A stretch of 63,907 nucleotides of DNA, counting the filler, from Basidiobolus ranarum (taxonomy: Eukaryota), in NCBI GenBank assembly GCA_040143965.1. It is 3 parts of 3 records of this genome, joined end to end, with 100 filler letters (N's around TTAATTAATTAA, not from the genome) between each part and the next. Parts side by side here need not be neighbours in the genome. Positions count along the whole stretch, not along the records: positions 21,426 to 42,735 come from JASJQH010000209.1; positions 42,836 to 63,907 come from JASJQH010000213.1; 1 more part is not named here. One strand, written 5' to 3'. Shown piece by piece: positions 37,610 to 50,878 of the stretch. The notes beneath the pieces are model-generated. The model was not told the DNA's origin, ran no database searches, and worked only from the letters and a program-made list of their open reading frames with translations. Both the position numbers and the translations under genes were made by a program. How positions within the stretch are numbered: the stretch's first letter is position 1; each line of letters starts with the position of its first letter.

Positions 37610-39058
37610 ATGGTAAAGCACTTTCCATTAACGATTTCTTGAATCTCTCATATAATCTCAATGTTGCCCTCACTCTTTTAAGTATGGAACCAATCGAAAT
37701 GGTAAAGAAGTTCCGGCTGATGCATTTTGGGATGAGGTAAATTCACATTATTCTTACCTGATACGCTTATTTACCTATCGATCACTAATGCTTGCTCTAG
37801 TATTCAAGACTGGATACGACTATCCAGATGATCGAGAACCATGTCAAAAGCATCGAAGGAATCCGTTCTCAGATGTTAGAAGCGCTTTCTGAGTCTGAGC
37901 AAGCCCGTATCCTTTTAAATCGAACCTAGAATATGGATAGAAGCTGTTGGATATGTTTTCTTTAACACGACACCATTTTCTTATAGAATATTCTAAAAGG
38001 TTGAATATCTTGGTAACAGAAACGTCACAAATGATGATGAACGTGCGAAGCAGAATTCAAGGTATTTTATTGGACTCTTCAGACTGTCACGCCGATCAGT
38101 GAAATGGTTAACACGTTTTACTCGCTTGATTAAGCCATAGAAGAACTTTCCAAAAACCCCTCTACAGCACCATCGAATTTGAAAGCGTTTCGTAACCGAG
38201 TAAGTAACAGTTTGCCGATCTCGCCTCCTTCTCCGATTAACTTATCTTTGTTTGCTTATTGTAGCTTTTGGGGCTTCGGGAGAAACTCAAGAATGCATTG
38301 CTGGAGTATCAGAGAATACAGCACAAGTATGATGAGGAGCATAAGGAAACCATCATTAGGCAGTATGAGATTGGTAACGAGTGTGATATCTATCACATTG
38401 CAACCCCAACCGCAACTGAATTCTCTTCTTTGACATAGTTAATCCTGATGCTACCCGTGATGAAATCGATGCCATGGTTAATGATTCAGATTACCAGCAG
38501 GTTTTCGCCCAGGCGGTAAAGTCCAGGTTCAGATAAAGATATGTATGTACATACTCCCTCATCAGAATTTTATATAGGTTCTTCAGAGCAATCGTAAAGA
38601 ACATGCAATCCGTGTATTAGAAGCTGTACAGAGTAGAGACAAAGACATTCAAAAAATCCATGATAGTGTTTTGGTATGCAGAATATCGACCTGATTTCTG
38701 ATGGCATTTGAACTCTGGCTCTGACCTTTGATCCAATGACAATATAGGAATTGGCCCAACTGTTTCAACAAATTGATCTAATGATTGAAACCCAAGGAGC
38801 TGTCATCGTCGACGTCGAGAATACAACTGCACAAGTAGTAGAGCATCAAGCGCAAAGTCAGCAGATCCTGGAGAAAACTGAGGGATTATTAAAGAAACTC
38901 CGGCAGGTAGGTTGTCTGAAAGGTATATGACTACGTACCTGAAACTAATACTCTGTTTCCAGAAAAAGCTGATTCTGTTGAGCATTGCATTGATCATCAT
39001 TATACTGATTGTCGTTACTGTGGTCGTCCTCACTAGACCTAAGAGCGCTAGTTCATGA
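37610..39058 (+). CDS. Syntaxin, divergent paralog 3, multi-exon
   Basis: RQYEIVNPDATRDEI, QQVFAQAVLQ, VQSRDKDIQKI...ELAQLFQQ...ETQG, C-terminal TM. Confidence 0.88.
37907..37986 (+). other. U12-type GT-AG intron in syntaxin 3
   Basis: 5' GTATCCTTT, branch-like TTTCTTTAAC ~20 nt before TAG; phase-1 splice restores the frame (QA Q YSKRL). Confidence 0.8.
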
Positions 39059-39690
39059 TTGGTCTCCATCCTTCTTTTCCTTTTTATACATTGCTATGTT
39101 TTCATAGCTAAATTTATATATAGCAGTAGGACGAGTAAATAGTGTACACAATATCCAATCATCTTTTAATCTGCCAAATATGCCTTCAAGCTCTCTTTAG
39201 CTTGACATCGCTGCTCTCAACATCTCTTTCACTCAGCAGGATCACCCAGCATTCATCCCACCAAATTCATTGCCAATCAACTACGGCTAACCATATCCTT
39301 CCAAATTTGATCACTATTTGCACATAAGGAAATAAAGTTGATAGGTTCGAAACATTGTGACTTCTGACCGCCGACCACTCAGGAAATCCATTAATTATCG
39401 TTACCATAATCGGTTCGAGACTTGAGCGATGTCTGGTAATTATTTTTTACCGCTTCTAAGGCAATTCGATTTCGAGATTTTGGGTGCGTTTGGTATGGAA
39501 CATTCGTTGGATCAAATTTGGAAATCCTTAAAACAATTAGCAAAAAAAAAAATTCCATTTAAAAAGCCAGTAAAGTCCCATTCCTAGATCTTACTTTTAG
39601 ATTTTCCTGTAATAGATTTCTTGTATTTTGGCTGGTCTAACCTTGAAATTTCCCTCGTAGTAGCACAAAAGTCTTTTCGGTTTATTATTC

Positions 39691-40655
39691 ATGTCTACAT
39701 CTTTGGATCTGAATCTCCCCTTACAAACTCCCAGCATTGTACCTCACTTCGACACCAGTAGTTTGGACTTCGGCTTCAGTCTAACTCAGGAAGACCTTTT
39801 ACGTGTTAAAGCTCACTTTGTCAGTGAGATTAAAAGTGGACTTTCCAATGCTGGTTCAAGTCTGGCTATGCTCCCTGGTTATATTTCTTCCCTTCCTACT
39901 GGTGAAGAAACGGGTAGATTTTTACTGGTTATGATTAACGAGGCGACCCTTGGAGTTGGCGCTGTCACATTCTTAGGTGGTCGAAAATATGAGCTTACTC
40001 TACAAAAATACGTGGTCGATGCACACGTTAGAGAAAATGCGAAGAACCTGTTTGATTTCTTGGCCAAATGTTTGGCTTCTTTATTGAACGAACTCCATAT
40101 TCCTCTGAACTCCAATTTACCACTTGCTGCTAGTCTAGCATTCCCATTGAGGTTAGTTTTAACATCCCTATTTCCTCTCTATTCCAAATCATTAACCATG
40201 GGTCATTTTAGAAATCAAGATTTTGGGAAAACTCAGGTTATCTCTTCCTGTAAGGGTTTCAAAGTTCCTGGCTTATTGAGTAAGGATGTAGCCGAGTTGC
40301 TCTTTGAAGCATTGCAACGAAAGGTATTTCGTAGTTCCTTTCAACCTCTTACTTAATACAATAACTAACTCCTAATTTCAGAACATTTTAGTGGATATCT
40401 TAACCATCCAAAACGACACGGTGACTAGTCTTCTTGCACATGCCTATTCTGTTTGCTCACAGACCACCATTGGCTGTTTCATTGATTCCGGTGTAAATAT
40501 TGCTTATCTCGATTCATTGGAACAGTTGCCCAAATGGAAATCTCTCTTGGGAGTAGATAAAATGATTTTCAACACTGAATGTGGAGGATATAATGTTGAA
40601 GGTGCACAGATCAAACGTAACAAACTTGATATCAGAGTAGATCTAGAGTCATCAA
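39691..40655 (+). CDS. Divergent hexokinase-like gene, 3' truncated
   Basis: LAMLPGYISSLPTGEETGRFL, LFDFLAKC, KGF, NDTV.SLLAHAY, NTE.G; homology ends at ~40655 where transposon DNA begins. Confidence 0.8.
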
Positions 40656-41614
40656 TGTTAATCAGATCAGCATACAGTAATACTAACAATTTCACATGAA
40701 GCTTCATTTCACTGCAGGTGCACTCCATTGGGAACTTCCAGAATATATAGCAAGGGCCTATAATCTCTAAGCATTGTGAAAGATGCAGCAGAAAATATAT
40801 TGAATACTGGCATATACTCAGTCTATCTTCTTTAAACCTGTAATAAAGTTTTTCATATCCAATTACAAAATGTTTGCACTATTGCTATATCTGCCTGAGA
40901 TCTGCCAATGTGAGTTGATGCCATAAGAATATATTAACAATATTGACAAATAACTCCACATGTTGCCAATACTTATCAGGCAGGAATCTTTTTAAATTCC
41001 ATTTAAATATATACAAATCCAATACTTCCAGTTTTTGAATTTGAATAAATGCCTAGATGAGTGGATATTGACAGGAGTCCAGGTAAAATATGATGGTATC
41101 TTGATGTTTTAAAGCATTTTTCCAATTGATTCAAACTTTGATCCTATCTTATATGGCTCATTCATATTGAATTTACCACTATGTAGCTGAGTAAGCAGTA
41201 TCAGAATGTTGTTGATTAGTAAGTGCATAGTGCCTAATGGAAAGCTCTGGCTCTAGCTAATCCCCTTTAGCAATATAATCTCAAGCTTATGGCTAATACC
41301 AAGTTTGATGTTAGACTGACTATATGGTGAATTGATATCAGTGATCATATTGAAATCTGACCGGGCTCTTGATGGTAAAATCAAGAAGTTTAGCATTGTA
41401 TTTGGATAGTAGTAATGCATATGCCTGTCAGAGTAAACTCCATTGATTTGACAAAATCTACATCATGATTGTGCATTGTGCCTGCAAAAACCTCCAAGTT
41501 TACTAATGGCAGGAGTGTCACCAATATATGCAATAATATTAGCTTTAATAAATTTTCACCCATATGAACCCCATTAGATAAAAATTTGAATTCTGCAATT
41601 TAAGGCTCCAAGAA
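40656..41614 (-). mobile_element. CMC/CACTA-like transposase fragment
   Basis: FLEP, IGDTPAI...GFCRHN, YEKLYY...RL, WKFPME...YADLIN; CpG-depleted; homologous to 12400-12830 and 15575-15970. Confidence 0.8.
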
Positions 41615-42735
41615 CCCTAGCAGAAATATGAGGATTGTGATTGTAGGAAAACCATCACAATTTTAATCCATTTGGGATTGACCATTCACTCACCATCATA
41701 AAATCATCTGGTTAGATTTGATTTTGATCAATTTTTTCAGTCTCAGGAGTGAAATTTCAAGATCTTGCAAAATAGTTGCGCATGATTGGCTACAATCTCA
41801 GAGAACCATGGATGAACACATGTGCAAATAACATAACTCAAATTTTACACAATTACCACTTGAATGCTAATTTTTCACCTTCAAAATCCCTAGTCTCTTT
41901 GATATATTCTCCTGAATATTTTTATAGAGTTCTTCATACCCAAGGTTTAGCTCATACCCAACACAAGTTTGTATCAATATCTCCATCAAAGCACACCTTT
42001 GTATTAATGTTGATGAATCAACATTCTTCCAGCTATCTGGCTGATACCCTGTAATATTGTGCCACTCAGTATTAAGTTCTTCCCAGATATCTGCATGGTC
42101 AACACCAGACTGAACATCAAGTTGAATTTTCTTCTTCTGAAGCCACTTTCTGCATACTTATACTGTGTTTTTCCCTTCATACTTTTGGAAATACTCCTCA
42201 AGCACTTTGACTATTTTTGTACATCCTTGTAGTGTGACACTACTGAGGGTGCTTTGTGGTGTTTGTGTGGCTTTTTGCTTGCCTTTAACTTTGGGGCTAA
42301 TTTCAACACTTTGAAAAGTACCAGTTGAGGTTGGAGAGCTGTGAGTTTTATTTGCTGGTGTTTTGGCTTTTTGAGAGGTGCCAGGTGTTGGATAAACTTC
42401 CAAATTTAGCACTCTTCCAACTGGTGTACCCAGTTCCATGGTGAAATTAAGCTTTTTTGCCAGTATATCTGACTCTGGAATTGCAAAACTTTGTAATGAT
42501 GTGAAAATTTGGTAAGTGGGACAGTAGAGCCTAAACTCACTGGCTCCTTTGCTTTTCCCTTGGGTTTACTAACTTCCTGCTCCTTCAGTACTTCTTTAGC
42601 TGCTTTTCTTTCTTTTCCAAGTTGATAATTGCGTACATTTTTGAGATATTTCATGAATAGGCCTATACTAGCCCAATTGCCATTTGCTTGCAAAAACCCA
42701 GGATAAGCCACATGAAATAAGTCAAGAACCTTCAG
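41615..42735 (-). repeat. Third (inverted) copy of the CMC-like terminal segment, end CCCTAGCAGAAAT
   Basis: Reverse complement aligns with ~17690-18795. Confidence 0.85.
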
Positions 42736-42835
42736 NNNNNNNNNNNNNNNNNNNNNNNNNNNNNNNNNNNNNNNNNNNNTTAATTAATTAANNNNNNNNN
42801 NNNNNNNNNNNNNNNNNNNNNNNNNNNNNNNNNNN
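42736..42835. other. Artificial contig spacer
   Basis: 44 N + TTAATTAATTAA + 44 N. Confidence 0.97.
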
Positions 42836-43983
42836 GACTCTTTCCAACTTCCCCCTGGGGGGGACATGTGATTACTGATGTAATCAGCAAACTTACAACT
42901 ACTACCAACTCAATCCCCCAGCAAGACCCAGATTCCAGAATTTGCCCACCACCGAACACTGTCACTAGGTGATTAACCAAATTTAGGATATTCTTAATAT
43001 GTAAAGATCAATAGAGTTGGGGACAGCAAATAACTTGACAACAGGATCTCTTACCTTCTTCAATTGTTCGGTCAATGCCATCTGTTACCAACTTAATAGT
43101 TTCTAGCTCGGTGGTATAGAGACGGTTGGTTCCGTATTGACAGTATTTGTGGCATAGACGTATGAGAAATCTCCAATGAATCGCGTGTAGCCTTATTGGC
43201 CATGTACTTGTCAAAGCCTCTGGTTAAGAATAAGTAAGTCAAGAGAGAATACTGTTAGGGTTAGGAGAAAATAATCTCACGATTTGCTTAAATAGATATT
43301 TTGTTTTCAGCAACGGCAATGGAAAGTAGATATACTCATTATACCAAAAGGTGACTTGGGCAATTGAGAACATTAACTAGCATCGTAGATGCCAATGATT
43401 GACTTCACTCTCATGGCCTGATTTCTAAATCTAAAGAGACTCTGCTCATCAAGCCTCCTAATTTCACATTTATGATTCATGCCTTGGGTGTAGAAGCAAA
43501 TCCCTGGGAATATGGAGTATCCACTTGCTAAACAGTTTACCATCCCATGCACCAGCTGGTTACCCCTGCTGGATTGGTTTGGACATGGACAGATGTTTGA
43601 CAGTGAAGCGCAGTATCGATGTTGAGAGGTATCTTGATTGATCAAAACAAGCATTGGTAATCTCCTTATCTAGTCATCAGTTTGTAAATCCCAGAATTCA
43701 ACGTGAGAAACTTGAGAACATCTAATCCTAAACCGCATTGCTATCCTTAGCTCCAGGTGCTTTCAATTATTCGTATGATGAATAATAATGATGATGGTAT
43801 ATTGCACATCAGTTACACGAATCGTGGAGTCGGCATCATCATTGGTTGGTTTCATTTCGCTCAGTTGCTTTATTTGAGACTTGGGCATGGGAAAGCATAC
43901 TAGTATTGATTGGTCAAAAGTGATGATTTGGCTTTAGCTAGGTATTTCTCAAGTAACTTCTAAATATTTTCCCTTCATTTCCA

Positions 43984-45411
43984 ATGTTAAAGCTTTTTGG
44001 TAAAACAAAATTCAACGGTGGCTTTACTCCACTCAATACGCTTTGTTCAGCTGCTAAGAACCGTATTTACCTGAGGTCTAATATTCTTCCTTTGGCTTCT
44101 CAAGTGAAGTCAACATCAACTCAGGCTGGTAGTACGGATAAGACCTCAATTAAACCAGCTACTCGTGTTGGCAAAGCGGAGCTCGATGTTTGGACTATGT
44201 TTAATATGGCCGCTACTGAATTTGAGGCAGTTAACCTCGGTCAAGGCTTCATGAATTTCCCTGCTCGTGATTTTGTTAAAGAAGCTGCTCGTTCAGCAAT
44301 CCTAGATGACGCTTGCAACCAATATGCTCCTCCTCGTGGTAGACCAAGATTGAGAAATGCTCTTGCAAAAGCTTACGGTGGCTTGTTTGAACGTTCTCTT
44401 CACGCCGATTCTGAAATCCTTGTGACTGCCGGTGGGAATGAAGGCTTATTATCTATTTTTATGGCTTACCTGGACCCTGGAAGTGAAGTTATTTTGATGG
44501 AGCCAGCTTTTGATCAGTATATGCCAAATATCACAATGGCAGGTGCTATCCCTGTGTTTGTTCCTCTCAAACCCCGTGAAGGTGTTGACCCCACCACTTC
44601 CAATATCTCTTCTAAGGATTGGGTACTTGATATTGAGGAACTCAAGAGTAAGATAACATCCCGTACAAAAATCATTGTCCTAAATACTCCACACAATCCC
44701 ATTGGCAAAGTATTCAGTCGTGGCGAACTAGAAGCTCTTGGTAAAGTTGCCGAAGAACATAATTTACTTATTGTCAGTGATGAAGTATATGACCGTCTAG
44801 TATTTGATGACCAGGAGCATATTCCCATTGCGACTATACCCGGTTTGTGGGAACGGACTTTGACGGTTGCTAGTGCTGGGAAAGCTTTTGGTGTTACCGG
44901 TTGGCGTGTTGGGTGGGTTATTGGTCCCGAAAAGCTTGTCTCTCCTGCACTTGCCACTCATACTCGCATCGTTTTTTGTGTTTCATCACCAATGCAAGAG
45001 GGTATTGCTAGTGCCTTTGAGCAAGCAGAAACCAATGAATTTTTTGACCAGCAACGTGAAGACTATATTAACCGCCGTAATAAACTAACCAGCGCTTTTG
45101 ATGCAGTCAATCTCCCGTACACAATCCCACAAGGTTCTTATTTTCTCTTAGTTAACGCAGAACGTCTTCTTAAAAAGATTCCGGATGATTATCCATTCCC
45201 TGAGCACATTACTGCTAGAGGTAAAAACTATGAGCTCTGTTACTTCTTCACACGTGAGATAGGAGTAAGCTGTATTCCACCCACTGAATTTTATTGCGAA
45301 GAAGATCGTCACTTGGCTGAAAACTATGTTCGTTTCGCCTTTTGCAAAACCGACGACATCCTTGATGAAGCTGCCAAGCGTCTTCTTAAAGTAAATAAGT
45401 GGCTTAACTAG
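43984..45411 (+). CDS. Class I PLP aminotransferase, kynurenine aminotransferase (Bna3/KAT)-like, with mitochondrial-type presequence
   Basis: NLGQGF, NQY, NTPHNPIGK, SDEVY, SAGKAFGVTGWRVGW, RFAFCK; basic N-terminal extension. Confidence 0.92.
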   Translation: MLKLFGKTKFNGGFTPLNTLCSAAKNRIYLRSNILPLASQVKSTSTQAGSTDKTSIKPATRVGKAELDVWTMFNMAATEFEAVNLGQGFMNFPARDFVKEAARSAILDDACNQYAPPRGRPRLRNALAKAYGGLFERSLHADSEILVTAGGNEGLLSIFMAYLDPGSEVILMEPAFDQYMPNITMAGAIPVFVPLKPREGVDPTTSNISSKDWVLDIEELKSKITSRTKIIVLNTPHNPIGKVFSRGELEALGKVAEEHNLLIVSDEVYDRLVFDDQEHIPIATIPGLWERTLTVASAGKAFGVTGWRVGWVIGPEKLVSPALATHTRIVFCVSSPMQEGIASAFEQAETNEFFDQQREDYINRRNKLTSAFDAVNLPYTIPQGSYFLLVNAERLLKKIPDDYPFPEHITARGKNYELCYFFTREIGVSCIPPTEFYCEEDRHLAENYVRFAFCKTDDILDEAAKRLLKVNKWLN

Positions 45412-46047
45412 AAATTAAAACTTGCATGTAATTTACTTGAGATGATTCGATTCGACCCATGATCCAAACTGTCTCCTGTTTCTTCCTGTTCTTTAACGAA
45501 ATAAAAGAACAAAAGGCATTAAAATTGGAGATATAAACCCTCCCTGGTGATCATTTTTTTGAAAGATATTTTTTACGCTATAATAGTATCTCTTCAGCAT
45601 TGTTGGTTTATGGTCTTGACTTTTAGACAACTAATAGACATGATTGTGTACAAATTCTAGGGGTAATGGATGTGTAGTATAGATGTAGTTTGTGCTAGGT
45701 TACATGGCAAAATCAAGAATAATGCTTGTGAATAAAATATTAATGGCCTCTGGCGCCATTACAAAGAAATTCTACAAATCACCAATTCGCAGTATTTTGA
45801 TTTTTTACTGCGCATACATCTATTCAATATTTATTTAGATATAGTACCAATAGAACGTGGCTGTGATTCGTAGTTGATCAAATAAATTAAAAAAATTATT
45901 AGTTGCTACGGCCTGCGGAATAGAATTTTTGTATATATACAATTATATCATGAGCACAAAAATCTTGCCCTTTCAGAAAGAAAGTATCATAGTAGAGATT
46001 ATCGTTACACTTCTTTTGGTTCAAGATACCCTTTCTTATAATATTCT

Positions 46048-49000
46048 ATGTCCAACGAAGAACACATTCCATCTACTCAACAAAAACTATCGAATTCGTT
46101 GAATAAATTAAATAACAGCCCTTCAGACAAGACACCAGCTATCAGTAGACAAGACAAATATACGACATTACCCAGCACCAGCTCTAATGCAATCCCAATC
46201 AATATCACTTCTTCCACAACTAGTGATGCTACAAAAGTCTCAAAAGGTGACGGCAGTCTTCGTAATGGGCCCCGTAGACGACGAGGTAAAGGCCGCGGAG
46301 CTAAATTCGTAGAGGGTTCACGGGATGCTCTACAAAATAATCAACCTCGCTCCGAACGCTCTACGGTTGACTCTTCTCAAGTGGTTGAGAACCAACAACA
46401 GCCTAGTACACCCCGTGTGGAAACTGCTAATAAGAAGAAATACAACGAGCAAAGCAAGAACTTTGCTCAACCTACTACATCCGTAAAAAAATCTACAGAC
46501 GTTGAACACACCCAGAATCATAACGACCATAGAAAAAGGAATTCACGTTGGAACAAAGCTTCCATGCATCGCACAGGCTTTCAAGGTCATCTAACTGAAG
46601 AGCCTGAAATGGAAACAACAGGTGAAGGTACTTCAAAAGATAATCCACTGGATATCAAGGAGGTGCATGAGGATTTCGGGCAAAGTGATAGAGAGCCAAA
46701 AGGTGGTAACAGACGCAAAAGACGACCAAACAAGTCTAAACCTTCTTCAACTAATTCACCAACAGAATTGACTCTTACATTAATTGAGCAATTAAAGACT
46801 AATGAGTATGAATGTATGATATGCTGGGAAAACCTTGGTAACGGCAAAGACTATGAAGTTGGAAATTTAGATACCATTCAAGATACTACCAATCCAAAAG
46901 GTAAAAAGCCTATAAAGCGTAAACCTGCACGTCGCCAAGGCATTTGGAATTGCGAAACATGCTATGCTATGTTTCACCTTCAGTGTGTTCGCGATTGGAG
47001 TACCAAATCTCAAAGTAAGGAATATTTCACTGTTATAGGAAGATACAAAGATTTAACCGTTTTTCATATTCATTAGAAGAACAAGTAGCCCATTCCACAA
47101 CTACACCGGATGCAGGTAAAGGATGGAGATGTCCTGCTTGTCAAAGCGTGAACCAAAAATATATTCCTTCACAGTATCGATGCTTTTGTGGTAGAGTGAA
47201 ATTGTTACATATGTTCTATTGCTATTAAATCTTTTAACTTTTTTAATCATAGGGTCTGTACAAAATCCAATGTACTCTAGCACAAACACACCTCATAGTT
47301 GTGGCCGTATCTGCCGCAAACTCAGAAAGGGATCCTCATGCCCTCATCGATGTACTTTGTGAGTAGTCTTTCAATCAGCGTATGAGAACAAGCAGTTTGC
47401 TTATATTATGATTCGATATGAATAGATTATGTCACCCTGGTCCATGCCCTCCTTGTAGCGCTCTTGCTCCCATCAATTCCTGTCATTGTGGAAAGAAGCC
47501 TTTACAGTTCCGATGTGGTCAGGAATCTGACGACCTATCGTGTGGCGATACCTGTGGTAAATTACTAAATTGCGGAAAGCATAGTTGCTCAACACCTTGC
47601 CATAAAGGTAAATCTTCATTAATGATGAGAATTTGAAGGGAATAAGCTGTTAATTTACTGTGTTATAGGACCATGTGAGCCATGTTCCGAAATTTTTGAA
47701 GTTACCTGTTCTTGTGGAAAAGATAACATGTTCGTTGCTTGCGGAAGTAAAGAAGCTTCTATTAGCTACACTTGCAACAAAGTCTGCGGAAAGTTAGTAT
47801 CAGTTTAACTTACGAATAGCGTCATTTTTGATAACTTAACATCTTTTTTAGGACATTCGAGTGCGGAGAACATATATGCTTATCGAAGTGTCATTTAGGC
47901 AAATGCAACCCAGACTCTTGTCCATTACTTCCATCAAAAGTCTCTTCATGCCCATGTCTTAAATCTCCACTGAAAGAAGCTCGTACTAAATGTACCGATC
48001 CAGTGCCTTCCTGTGGGTTAGTATGACGCAAACCCTATACTGCCCAATTTATAAATCTGACCTGATTGTGTGGAATAGGAATTTGTGTGGGAAATTACTT
48101 ACTTGTGGACATAGATGTAAATCCACGTGCCATTTGGGACCTTGCAAGAAATGTGACGAGCTGGTTTCAAGGCCTTGTGTATGCCATACATCTACTATAG
48201 ATGGTAAATGCACTGGAATCTCAACATACTCGGATCAATTTTCGAGTGTTGGATCGGCGAACGAATTAGTCAATAATACAAGCTTAATGAACCAAGTAGT
48301 TATAGAAGACGAGTATCGAAAAGTCTTCACTTGCAACAATACCTGCCACAAAACTATGTCATGTGGAAGGCACAAATGTGAACAGAAATGTTGCAGATAT
48401 AACGACCCAGAAGTTAGTAGAGGTGAAAAGAACTCCATACATACATGCGCTAGGGTTTGTGGTAAAAAGCTAAGCTGCGGAAAGCATACGTGCGAGGTAA
48501 TTTGGTCTTTCTTTTCCATTCCCTAGAATTTCAGGATTAACACCTGCTATTTTTAGCTCCCTTGCCACCTAGGAAAATGCAACGTATGCTTAGAAGCTTC
48601 TTTTGAGGATTTATTCTGTTATTGTGGTAGTACAGTGGTCCCAGCACCAATTCGATGCGGCACTAAATTACCATCATGTCAAAATCCGTGCACCAGACCT
48701 CGTGAATGTGGTCATCCACCTAACTTGATGCATTCGTGCCACTTTGAAGATGATAAGTGCCCACCATGTTGTGTAAGAGTTCTTTGGTTGATCATTATAT
48801 CCATTCTTAACTAAAATATTCCTGTACAGTTCCTAGTTTCTAGGTCTTGTAGATGTGGCTCCAATGTGATCAGAAATATACCATGCTATAAAGCAACGAA
48901 TCCAGATCAGTTTCTTGCTCCATCTTGTGGAATGGCATGTGGCAAAATGCTGCAGTGTGGACACAAGTGTAGTCGAGTATGTCATAGTGATCCATGTGAA

Positions 49001-50319
49001 ACAGGTAAACTTTCATTGTCATATGTTAAGAAGGATTTATAATAATTCGATTATGTAATTATTAGTGAAGTGCCAATCCAAATGCGAAAGACCTCGTAAA
49101 AAGTGCGCCCACACCTGTAAAGCAACGTGCCATGACGGCGTAGCCTGCCCCGAAGTCCCTTGCTCTACCAATGTAACATTATTATTTTTCAACTTGACAC
49201 ATGTGTATGTACTGATATTTCTATATAGGTCACAAGAACTTGCTCGTGTACAAGGCTGCAAAAATTAAAACCATGCGGTTTATTTGCTGCCCAAAGTGAA
49301 GAGTTGAGCGATGATACTGAGTCACAGACCATTGTTTTGCCTTGCGATAATGAGTGTCGGTTGTATCAGAGAAATAGAAAGCTGGCTGAAGCCTTGAATA
49401 TCACAAAAAAAGATAGTCCGTCAGAGGAGTAAGTGATCTAATACATGTTTATATGATATATACAATAAGTCTAGTAACTAATATTTTCAAAGTGTATACT
49501 ATACTGAGCTTTTAGTTAGCTTTACAAGAAGTAACAGGTTATTTGTCAAAAAGCTGGAAGAAACATTGGCAGCTTTTGTCAATAATACTAGTAAAAAAAT
49601 ACTCCACTTATCTCCAATGAAAGCAATCCAACGAGCTGTAGTTCATGAAATCGCAAAATTCTATCAATTAGACTCTGAGAGTGTTGATTTGGAACCTAAG
49701 CGAAGTGTGATTCTTCACAAAAACTCCGCACTCAGTAAAATGTCAGTACTATCTAATCGATGACCAAAATTACCAGTAACATGTACTAACATATTTTACA
49801 GACCTCAACCCTTAATATCAGAATACATCGCTCAAGGAGGTGGTGTAAATGTTCCAAGTGAAGGATCTGATGAAATCATCGAGCATAATGCAATTGAAAT
49901 TCTTGGTTTGGACGATGACCTAGACGCAAATAACCTAGATGAATTGTTGAAGTTAGTCATTGGGCACGGGCCGAATCAATTTGAATATCGCTGGTAAACA
50001 TTGAATATAATCTTTCCTATTTTCTTCAAAAACTAATATAACCACCATGCATAGGCTAACGGAAAAGGATGTTGCCATCGTAGTCGCAGATACTACTGGT
50101 GAACCTGGAGATGTCGAACGCAAGGTGCTTAAAGCTGTCGAGCAACTTCAACCAGAACTTGCATCGCTGGCGACAAGCGTAACCACTCGTGTTGCTCCTG
50201 TCAGAGGTTACCGAAAGACCAAACAACCTCCAACTGTCCAACTACTGGACAATGTGGGAACAGCACGGTCAAGTAATATGTTTGATGCTCTTGAACCCAC
50301 TGATCCTTGGAATTCATGA
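46048..50319 (+). CDS. NF-X1/FAP1-like RING + NF-X1 zinc-finger + R3H protein, multi-exon
   Basis: YECMIC...[21 protein letters not shown], repeated CGKLLxCGxHxC...CHxGPC, R3H PM...RAVVHEIA...SESVD.EPKRSV. Confidence 0.92.
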
Positions 50320-50878
50320 GAATGCATATATACCGATTAATTATTATTATTGAGCATTTTTTGATGCCATATTAAATTTGATAAATAAAAAAGAACATTC
50401 CACAATCGCATTTTGTGTGAAACAATTATGGGCCACCACCTCACATCAATCGTAAATATCACCATTAACCACCTGTTGTAACTGGTAACAAATTTTTATG
50501 TGCTTACTAAAACATGCATTTCTAGTCGCATCTGGATTTGTCTGATCATTAGCCAAGATCTAGACATAACTACGAACTAATTAGTTCTGAATGTTTCAAC
50601 CATCCACATGTGATGAAAGTGGGTTCCAATGTCAAGAATGAATGAAGTACTATCAATTGGGTACAGAAGGTCTAGAGACCAAGAGGGGCTGTGGATTTGG
50701 GCTGCTCAAACGGCAATGTTACTTTAGTTTAATACTTCCTTGAGTGTGGTGTATATACAGTGGATCGGAAATGGGATATGAGATGATGGGATATAGCATA
50801 TATAGATATACATGATTGACTGTTAGCTGTGTTGGGGGAGCAGGGTTAAATTGGCTACCATCCCACAGCCTACATCAT

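Noticed and set aside
39340-39425. GGTTCGA T-loop-like motifs suggesting tRNA
   Set aside because: No cloverleaf stems or A-box found
42836-43400. Possible minus-strand exons at the contig start
   Set aside because: Splice-like sites present but no consistent frame or recognisable domain
44514-44957. Antisense ORFs within real genes (also 53663-54058, 58455-58832)
   Set aside because: Shadows of opposite-strand coding sequence
33818-45411. Intronless hydrolase and aminotransferase as bacterial HGT
   Set aside because: Both look like ordinary eukaryotic families and the aminotransferase has a presequence; lack of introns alone is insufficient
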